Below, one piece after another: positions 12,658-22,527 of a stretch of 64,000 nt of DNA. The DNA comes from Leidyana gryllorum EB-2025a (taxonomy: Eukaryota > Protista > Apicomplexa), in NCBI GenBank assembly GCA_048772705.1, contig JBLWGC010000224.1:187710-251709 (forward strand), in the 5' to 3' direction. Within the stretch, counting starts at the first letter, position 1. Each line of letters begins with the position of its first letter. The translations under genes were made by a program, and so were the position numbers. The notes under the pieces were generated by a model. That model was given only the letters and a program-made list of their open reading frames with translations. It was not told the DNA's origin and did no database searches.

Positions 12658-12847
12658 TTAGATAGAAGGAAAGAAAAGCAATTGAGCTAAGCGAATGACT
12701 GCCTGTCTGCTTGACCACAGACGGACGGGCTGGTGGGCTGGCCGGCCGGCCGGCTGACTATTGAACGAATGAATCAATCAATCATCACCACCCTCGCCAA
12801 CCCCAGGCAGCAGAAAAAGAATCAGTACACACACGACGGGCGACTGA

Positions 12848-12896
12848 ACACACACACACACATAAGAGGTGTGTGAGTGAGTGAGTGAGTGAGAGA
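12848..12896. repeat. (CA)n and (GTGA)n simple repeats in convergent intergenic region
   Basis: ACACACACACACACA followed by GTGAGTGAGTGAGTGAG. Confidence 0.85.
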
Positions 12897-12910
12897 AGAA
12901 AGCTGTTCGT

Positions 12911-14841
12911 TTAGAGTACCCAATCTTCGGGGAGCAAATCGAGCGCTTTACACTCGGGGATGAAGTATGACTCCAGATTTTCCCGAGCAGCTGGGCAGTC
13001 GATCAATATCTGACAGATTTACAGTTTGTCCGGAGGCTCGGTGCGGAGCGAGCTTACGTCTGGCAATCGGTCCCTGATCTGGTTGAAACCCTTGAGAATG
13101 GCCTCGGGATCGACCTCCTTCTCATCTCGAAGGGTCATCAGGAAGGCAATGGAAACTGTTTTCGCCGGTTACAAAGGGCAGTACATAGAATCACTTACGA
13201 GCCCATGAGTCTTTGTGACGGTCCAGAGCGTATTGCAACACTTTGCGGATCGCTTCAACCTCCTACAGAAGAAAAGGAGGTGCGACGCAGCGGCTGGGAA
13301 GGACCTTACCTGATCGGGAGACATGTCAAGAGCGTTGAAAAGAGTCAAGGCTGTGGAGACATCAGCAGTGTTGTAATACTCGTAAATTAGATCCTTCAAC
13401 TGTAAGAGGAAATGTGTGTTCGCGTGTGTGTGTGTGTGTTCGTTGACATTACCTCCCGTTTGAATTCCTCCACTTCGGGTCTGTACCCTTCGGTTCCAGT
13501 CCACACCTTGGTGAACCGTTCGGACAAGAGATGATGTTTAGCACTGTCTGTCATCCAGCGGAAGGCGCGCCGGAGTGTAGCCACTCCGAGCGAGTCGCCC
13601 AAGTTGAGCCTCAAAAAATCGGAGACAAAGGCAGGCGGCAGAATATCATCGACGTTCATTCTGACGATGAAACTCGATATCATCTCAGAAGCCAATGGCA
13701 CATCCAAAGTGAGGTCCTGAACCCCCGCTGCAGAGCCAATTGGTCGACGATCATTTTTTGATGCCGCTTACCGAGGAGTCTAAGGACACCAACTTGAATG
13801 TCGTCAGGGCTGAACGTATAAGGCCCAGCGACATAGAGGTCTGACAGACAGCGTGAGACCATTTCACGATGGATGTTTTGTTGTCCAAGGGAGGCGGCGA
13901 GAAGACGTCGGACGAGTTCGTGTCTGAGAGTATCGCGAGTGATGGGCGGGAAGACGGCGACAGCATCGACTGGGCGCTCAACTTCCTTTTCTTGGCTAAA
14001 GAGCTCCATTTCCAAGTCTTTGAGGAAGTCTTGGATAATGGAAGGCTCGCCAGAGTTGAAGAACTCGGGCATGAAGTCGACGCAGCGTTGTTTGTAGGAT
14101 TTGAGTTTCTCGATGTAAGGGATAATGTATGGCTCATTGTCGGTGATGGCGGGTGTGAGGTTACGGACGAGAGCCTCAGGGAGCCGCGTTAGATACTCAA
14201 AGTCGACCAGCGCATCTTCCACGGCAACAGAGAAGAAGCTGAATAATTTGTCTTCAACGTCGCTGACATCCTTATGCAAGGCTTCGGCAGACTGAATGAG
14301 CTTTTCAAACGCGCGAGTGACCTGTGGCCGTGTGATAAGCTTCGCGTCATAGAGGACGGTGAGGAAAGAAGCCAAGCGACTTTGTGTCTCTTCACTCTCA
14401 GGCAACACTTTGAGAATACCGCGGGCAATAAGGAGATCGTGATAGAGAGTGCAATCGAGTTTCTTGAGTCCATCGACTGCGGTCGCGGAATCATTGGTTC
14501 GTAAGAATTCGTCGATAATCAGCGAACTCTTGTGAGCAAACGAGCTAAGTGACAACATCTGTGCGGTGGTTTCAGTAAGCAATGGAACGCCCACTCACGG
14601 GTTGACCGGGAATTACGGTGTATCCGATAGAGAGATTGCTTTGAGAGTGGGTGAGGCCATGTTTGACATTGGCAGAAGGTTGAATGATTTCGTAAGCGCC
14701 CATCGTAGTAGTCTCATTCTGCCCCAATCAAAACACATTGTCGGCGGTCGTTGGCGTCGTGCTTACATTATTGTAAAAGTCTGTCAGATGGTCCCCTAAG
14801 GTATCGGCGACAGACTGTGCAATGGCCGATGGGTCGACCAT
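12911..14841 (-). CDS. Multi-MA3-domain protein (PDCD4/MRF-like translation regulator)
   Basis: Repeated MA3 signatures: IIDEFLRTND..AVDGLKKL, RHELVRRLLAASL..REMVSRCLSDLY, DLTLDVPLASEMISSFIVR..VDDILPPAF, EEFKRELKDLIYEYY, DILIDCPAA. Confidence 0.85.
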
Positions 14842-14890
14842 AGTGTTATCTATAATCGTTGGGTGTTAGTGTGGTTTGGTGGTTTGATTA

Positions 14891-15271
14891 TTAGTTTTTT
14901 TTCGGTGTTCGTCGAGATCGGGTATGACTGAGGTCGCTGCTCTCTTCGCCGTCAGACAAAATGCACTGTGCGGGTCTCTGAGCTACGTTGCTGCATCTCG
15001 CAAACTCGCCATCTATAAGAGATGTCAGCTGCTCGGCTGTCGACAGACGGGTGTTCAGCCGATTCAACACCAGCTGGTGTAAAGTCTCAATTTCGTTCTC
15101 CAGGCTTGTCAACTCTAGTAAACTCGCAGTCCCCGTCGATGCCAGCTTTAGATACAACTCTCGTTTTCGGCTCAACTCCTCTTCAACACCACCCAACATC
15201 CTCTCATACGACAACAATTCAGCTAGTGAACGCCCCGCCATCCCCTTCGTCACCACTTCGGGCTTCTCCAT
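14891..15271 (-). CDS. 126-aa coiled-coil protein resembling an ING N-terminal domain with basic tail, no PHD finger
   Basis: Intronless ATG ORF filling the gap between two genes. Helical RSLAELLSYE...RLSTAEQLTSLIDGEF pattern. Confidence 0.45.
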   Translation of the reverse strand: MEKPEVVTKGMAGRSLAELLSYERMLGGVEEELSRKRELYLKLASTGTASLLELTSLENEIETLHQLVLNRLNTRLSTAEQLTSLIDGEFARCSNVAQRPAQCILSDGEESSDLSHTRSRRTPKKN

Positions 15272-15289
15272 CTCCCTTAGAAATTTATA

Positions 15290-16420
15290 ATGGCAGTCAT
15301 TCAGCCATGGATGCTCGGCACCCTCGTCCTGCTCCTAGCCACTGTCTGCTGGACTATCGTCCGGGTTATTAAAGACACCCGCAGACGCCAGCGAGAAGCT
15401 GATGACTTTATGGAGATGGTCAATGACTCCATGAGCTTATGGCCCAACGCTGAGGCCGTCGCGCTCTACACCAACAAGAAGAAGGCAGTCTTCGACCAAT
15501 TGCGTGAAAAGCACAACTGGCAACCCGAACGCCTCGAAGAAGACGCACTCGGGCCACCCGAAGACGCGTGGCAGAGGTATCCGACCCCTCACTCCTACCC
15601 CCTCACTCCTAACCCCTCACCCGCAGAGAAATACCCAAAGATCAGTTGACTGCCCTCAAGACCGCCCTCATAAAGAGAGCCATGGCCTTAGTGCCACTCA
15701 TTAACCCCTGTCAACAAGAAGTAAAGTCGCGATACAATCTGTTGCAGCGCGGACTGATAGATGAGAAGCTTTGGAATAAAACGGTCAGCTTGAATCAAGC
15801 CATCGTCAGAGAACTCACGGAGATACGAAACGAAGCAGAAGCTCTTGAGGAAAACTATGGCGTCCGTACGTAAACACACTGACACACACTTCGCAGTCAA
15901 ACCTTCCCCTTGGGAAATCCGCAGAACACGGTATTATTCGCGATGCCCAGAGATTCTTCGAGCTCGAAACCGTCAAGGCTCGACGTGAGTTCGTTCTGCA
16001 GGAGTTCATCAAGATGGCCGTCGCCCAAGGTGTTGATCCCAAAGACGCTCCCAGAGTTGCCGCCGAACGCTTAGCTGCCCAGGAAAGGATGATGGCAGCT
16101 CAAGCCAATAGGGGCAGAATGATGGCTGAACAACAACAGCAGCAACAGGGAGCGGTGAGGGTCTAAACTGAGATTGATATGGATGCAGGAGGAGAAAGAG
16201 GAGGAGGAGGTAGACAAGGATCCTGCTGTTGCTCTAGCTGTGGGTACCGAATGTAATAAGGTAACTTTGTCAAAGCTTACAGCCACAGCCAAGTCTGTTA
16301 CAGAAGGCTGCTCCTGAAATCGAGCCCCCTCTTGCAACTGGGGGCACGCCAGTAGCGGGCAATGCCTCTGCACCTCAAACTAAGGCCGCACGTAAAAAGC
16401 AACGAAGAAAAAGCAGATAG
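15290..16420 (+). CDS. SEC66: Translocon subunit Sec66/Sec71 family
   Basis: N-terminal TM, then ALKTALIKRAMAL...LLQRGLIDEKLWN...ELTEIRNEAEALEENYG matching the Sec66 consensus. The 3' end is uncertain (~16350-16420). Confidence 0.75.
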
Positions 16421-16610
16421 CGAGCATGTTAGGGAGCGCTGAATGTGTCTTACGTTCGACATTTGAGTGCGTGGGTGCATCACGGGTAGAAGTAACATAC
16501 GTGCGAGACGCCAAAAAACGTGTGGTCCCGCGGCGAATCGAGTGCCGGTTTTTGAAAAACCCAAAAATCAGATCCGTGGTGGGGTGTCAGATAGGTTTGA
16601 TTTGAAAACA

Positions 16611-18701
16611 ATGAGTGGTTACTATCCGGCGATATGCGATGAGCAGGGAAGATTCAGTGCTAAAGCATTTCGGACTGTATTTCTTCAGTCGGTTGAGTTT
16701 CACCGACTTGACTATAGAAGGTTTCTTCCAGTCATTAGAATAAATGATGACTTACAGTTTGAGGAGCTCTCTGATATAGACGATGATGAAGACACGACCA
16801 GCACCCCTGCCACCACCGCACCAAGCCCCTTAAAAATCTTACCTACCCCGAACAAACAACAGCACCCCAGGCTCAAGATTGTCTTCGACCTCGATAACAC
16901 TCTGCTGCATGCTGTATCCCGTCTCCGTCTGCCTGGCGCGGATCTGACCTTAGATGACTTCCGGGACTCGCAAGACCGCCCGGAACTCTTCAAGTTCACC
17001 TTGCCACGCCAGAAACAACAAATCTATTACATCAAGTTACGGCCTGGGGTCAGAGAATTCATAAATGAGATGGTCAAGTACGCAGATCTGGCTATCCACA
17101 CTAATGCGACGCGGGAATATGCTGACGTCGTCTTGTCTATAATTGACCCCGACAGGACGATTTTCGGTTCCAGGTAGGCATTGAGAGGCTATCATCACTT
17201 GAAAACTAATTATTTATACTCAGGGTTGCAGCAAGAGACGATGACAGTGGTCAGAATGACCGAAAAGATATGAGCAGGTGGGCATTCTCCAACTACTATG
17301 GGTGCTGCTGGCCTTTCTTAAAGTGGCAGCAGAGCCTCTTCCTTTACTGCTGCTGTTGGGCATCTTTGTTGCTCTTTGTTGTTTTCTGCTTCGATTGTTG
17401 TCTGGCTGATGCTGGCTACCACAGCACTGGTAGATTAAATCGCTTTGTTTCCCCGCACTGCCGCAACTTGACCCCTTTGAAAACTACATCCGGCCTTCTA
17501 CTGAACAGCCACCGTAGACCGGCAGTGCGATGGAGAGGGGCGTTCTTCATCGGACCTTCGACTTCTCTTCTTCTTCTTCTTCTGTGTTTGCATGACTTCA
17601 ACGTGAAAGATCCTCAAGATATTGATGGTTGCAGGTTGTTCAGTGTCGAGAGAGAGAAGCTCCTGACAGACTGTCTGATCGTGGACGATCGTCGAGATGT
17701 TTGGGACAGTGTATTTGACAAGAACATAATCCAGTGCAACTACTATGAATACTTTGAAAGCCGTCGGGCTGTGCTCGTCAAGAAGTATGGCACCGGTAGT
17801 GCGGTTTCCACCTCGACTGGTGACGGGAACGACGCTGTTCTAGACACTTACTGTCCGGTGGAGTTGAAAGAAGGGGCTGAACTGGATGAAAACAACAATG
17901 CACTGGAGGATCACGATCGTCAACTTCCTTTTCTTCAACGGATGATTGTGGCCATTTCGACCCAATATTATGCGCAGCGGGCTGCTGGAAAGAAACCATC
18001 GTAAGTTTGTGTGTATTGAGAGCACCGAGTGAAAAGTTGTGTTCAGGATCAATACCTTATTGCAAGAACAGCGCGCGAAGATTTTGCATGGGGTAGTCTG
18101 TTTGATGACTGGATATCACCGCTTAGAACAGCCGAGTCAGTTCGGCATGTTGGATAATGGCCCTCAACATAGACGACGTCTGGAATACATGGGGGCTCGT
18201 GTTGTAGATCAGCCGTCAGCTGATGTGACACATGTTATCGTTATGAGGCAGACATTGTCGACTGACAAAGCTCGGTCTTTATGCTCTCCCTCTACTCACT
18301 TCGTGCATAATTTGTGGATATATGCGTGCGAGCAGACGTGGTCTCGGGCAGACGAGCGTTTCTTTGATGCGACTCACCTGCTTAGTCAGTGGCAGATGCC
18401 ACCGCCCCGGCCCATATTTGACCATTGGCCTCACACTCGCCAGTACTTCGAGTGTATATCGTCGTCTGCTGACGAGGAATCGTCATCGACAACAACTAGT
18501 CAACGACGGAAGCGCATGTTTTCAGCTACGGGGATGATGCGAGATGAGAGTAAAAAGAAGCCGAGATCGAATCGTGATTGGGTAGCTTCTGGTCTCTACT
18601 CTGACGGGGCAGAGGTCTGGAGCGCTCTGGAGCACGTTACACTCAAGTTTGATCCATCTCTATCTGCTGGAGTGGCGAGGAAAACGGCGATGGTGACATG
18701 A
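16611..18701 (+). CDS. FCP1: RNA polymerase II CTD phosphatase FCP1-like (HAD/NIF + BRCT)
   Basis: DLDNTLLH (DxDxT), KLRPGVREF, TNATREYA, IDPD..IFGSR, IVDDRRDVW. C-terminal BRCT (MGARVV..VTHVI..VHNLWIYACEQTW). Confidence 0.9.
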
Positions 18702-19368
18702 TTCCGAAGATTACGATAAATTTGAGACGTTGTTCGAGCACTTTCGCATCCGAGGATAACAAAGATATGAGAAGGAGTGATAGGGGTGCGGAAACGTTGG
18801 CCAGATATTGGCGGATCAAAGACGGCTTATGTTCCATCACGAAGGACTGATTGCTGATTGATCGATTGATCGAGCGTCCACACTTGTCGCTCTCACTTGG
18901 AGCTGGCCAGACGTTGGGTTGAAACAACAACAACAACAAGATCACATCTTATATCAAATCGAATATACACACGAAGCACACGTGCACACGATTTGGGAGT
19001 TGGCCAGGATCTGTCTATAAATCGCGTTCACCAATGCGAGTGCGCCGTTGGATGATTTTCTGATGTATTTGTCCAACAAGGGCGCTTGAAATGCATGTTG
19101 CCTGCATAACAAAATTACGACATATCGTCAGTCACAGGGCAAATCACTTACTCCCATAGTCAATCCGATGTAAAAGTCAAAATTCTTGCGTGATCGACGC
19201 ACTCGGCGAGCTTTGGTCAATTCTGTATCAGGGTTGAAGGGGAGCGTGGGCCGGCGAGACCAGTTGCTAGGTGGCGGTTGATAGGAGCACAAACCTCTCA
19301 TCTCAAACTTGTGTGGGAAAACTCTGTCACAACTTGCTCGGAAGGAAATCTACGTTCGATCATTGCCA

Positions 19369-21824
19369 TGCCGATAGTTCCGAAGGGTGACTGAACGTGG
19401 AAGAAAGCGATTTGGAAGATCATCAACTGAGTTTTCTCTGGTGACCAGACGGCTGCCGGACTGCCAGAGCTGGGAAGTAAATTCTTTGTTGCAGCGCTAT
19501 CCGCCAGTCAGTCAGTTGATGGCTATGTTTTTGCAGTATGCGCGAAACAGAGCAGCAGTACGCTGTGGTGTTGGGGAACAGAACACAAATCGCAATAAGA
19601 CAAGCGGTCTAGGAATACAATCTGTTCAGGGCTTTATTCGTTTCTTGCTTGAATTGAGTGTTCGGCTGGGAGGCGATGGGCCATTTCGCATCTTTGTAGA
19701 TGACTTGGAGGTTAAAAGACATTACAGCAACCGGAGAGTATTTTGGGGTTCGTGTGTGGCCTTACTGATCACATATGGCGATTGGACTGCCAATCCTTGC
19801 GTCAATCATCGAATTGCTCCAAGTTAGCTTAACGAACAACAAGGACTCCTTGAGATCCTCATGAAGCTCCCCTCTCTATTTTTGATGGCAGACCCTATGG
19901 ACCCTTGGCCAAAGGGCAGTGCATCGTGAAGGGCAAAAGCGCAGATTCGGTCATGGGCAGTTCAGGTTTCCTGCTCGGGCCAACTGATTTGGGCCGCGAT
20001 CGAGGGTCAACCCGTACTACCAGACAGTGTGAATCTGACACTGAAACAAGTCTTGTTGCCCATGTAATCTTTAGCCCTCTGACGTCACTGCCTGAGCCAC
20101 CGCCCCCTATTCCACCATGGCCAGATGAAGGGGGCGATGGTGGTTTCCGCCTTCTTCATCAAGGGTTGATTTCGAGACTAAGCCTCGACGCAAAATCGAA
20201 GTTGAGACTCGCAACACCCACTTGAGACCAGTGCTTAATTGTTTTCTACAAGATTCAGGTTTAGACACCCAAGATCGAACTGAACTTTTTGATTCCCGTG
20301 CCACACCGAGAGCTCCCGCCCAGGGCTCCCGAGTGATGTCCATAAAGCGTCACAATGGAAGGAACGACGGCTTTTGATCCCAGTCATCTGGTATCGTTTC
20401 GCAACGACGGAATGCCTGACTCATATGTGTGACCCCTGTTTGCCGCCATACCAACAGATCCGATTGGCTACAAAGGTTAACCTTTGGACTCTGAGACACA
20501 TTTGGAATGCTTTCGGCCGCAGACTCCAAGATACGGCGACTGATCCGCGTTCCGGCGAGTGTACGAATGACGCGTCGAGGACCTCCACTACCCCCCATCC
20601 CCGTCCCCCTCAAGCCACTGATACTCTGTTGAAGCTTGTCATCCCTCCCTTCCACCAACCGATTCTGGCCGAACTGCACTTACTGAACTCCAAGAGAGCA
20701 GCCAAAAGAAATGCCACCGTCTTGATGGCGATCGAGAGACAACTGCGCCTCTCGGCTCTGAACTTGGACACAGAGGGGACGATGATTGGCCAATGGACGA
20801 CAGATTTCTTTGAGACATTGAACAACGGGACCGTTGAGAACAGATGTCTCGATGTACTGAAAATTGTCCTCAAGCGAAGCGGTATCGATGGTGACGAAGT
20901 TGAGGATTCTTCGGACCTCTCGAGGAGGATTTTCGTGGATCCAAGTACCCAAATGCCACTAGCCGTGTGACTCACTCAAAGGTCTGGTCTGCTGACCCAC
21001 AGGCAAGAGAGAGGCAGCAGCCGGAATTGCGAATGATCAGATCACTATTGAAGGGTGAGATGTAACCGAGAAATAACTATGCATTTGTGTCGAGACCGCG
21101 AAATCACCGATACCACACCCCATTAATATCTGTCGTCCGCTTACACACCCCCATCGATCACTTTGTCAAAGATAAAATCTTACCGTCCACGGCAGCTGAT
21201 GGAGGCGTTGCTGTGATCAACATGAGACAGTTCGGTCTAAAATTGCCCTTCAGAATTCGAAGGTGCTTTGCGAGCATTTCGTCATCAGCGAATGAAACAG
21301 GCGGCGATCGAGGGAACAGTTCTCTCTCAGATCAACATAGAGATCATTGAGGATATATGGTCCGATAGTCTGTCGGAGACTATCACATACAAAGACTTTC
21401 TGAAGGCCCGAAATCGCTCATTGCGATGCCACAACATCCCACCGATTCCCGCGTCCTCTGCGCGCTCCGTCAAGCCGCTGACGCCGGTTTCCTACAATCA
21501 GTTCAAAGCCTCTTCTCATCCGATCTCGAGTACCATTGCGTTCTCCCGGAGCAGACGTCTGAGAGGGTCAAGAGATTGCAGCCCTCTTTCGGTGCAGACC
21601 GGGGAATCCTCGCCTTGTGCGCGGCTTTGCTGATCAACAAAAGCATTGCTGCCATAATTGTTCCCTTGTCAATGCAGCCGCCTCCTGAAGCCCGACGCTC
21701 TCTACCGATCCATTCACCCGGCTCCCTGTCGCCACTGCCTCCGGTCCGAACGCTTCCACCCCGCCACAGCGAATGGTCACATTCTCACCCCATTCACCAG
21801 AGATACGTAGGATCAGCTGCTTGA
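19369..21824 (+). CDS. Divergent multi-exon protein, possibly origin recognition complex subunit 5-like
   Basis: Co-oriented ORF blocks separated by GT-AG-like gaps. Ordered fragments FIRFLLEL..RIFVDDLE, LLEILMKLPSL, HVIFSPL, FGLKLPFRIRRCFASI and LEYHCVLPE resemble ORC5. Boundaries are approximate. Confidence 0.35.
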
Positions 21825-22527
21825 TTGGGCTGAAAATGTCACTGTCGGGGAAGTAAGCCAGGCAGAGTGGATTCGCTGGAAAAAGATAAGATCATAGGTC
21901 AGTGGAAGCGATGAATCCAAGATTCAGTGACGAGATCGTCGAGGAGGCTCTCTGACCAGACGTCAGCCGGTCGACTTTGCCGCAATGGTCAACTACATAG
22001 TCATTCGTCCCACAATCGTCCGAAGAAGTAAAAGCACGACGGCGGCGAAGCGACAAAGTCCTCTGCAACCAAAAGGCGGTGTTCTCCACCAGTCGATCTA
22101 TCGTGGGTGCCTTCAATAGATGGTGAATCTGATTCCAAAAAGTGCGGATCGTCGATCTAGATCCACTCCATCGAATTCTTGCACAGGATTTTTTGGTTTT
22201 GTAGCAATTCACAAGCCCCCGTCGTTGATCCCAATCTCACATGACTTCCTCATTTGCACACACGTGTGTTCTGTCATCATAGGAGTTGCCCACGTACGTT
22301 ACGTTCGCCAGTAGAGAGGAGGTTGTGAGCCCCCCCCTACGGCACTTAGATGAGATGGAGCGGTTCTGAGTAGATGTTGGGGATTTTTATTGAATCGTTC
22401 GCAGGTGAAGGGGAGCAAACTTAACAAGACGGCCCAGAATTAGAAAAAAGACCGAAATGAGAGAAAAAGTGGTGATAGTCAGCGCAGCAAATATAAAAAT
22501 GGTGTGATGGTAAGAAAAAGATTAGAT

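Noticed and set aside
21892-22212. 106-aa - strand ORF
   Set aside because: Non-ATG start, no motif and no convincing first exon.
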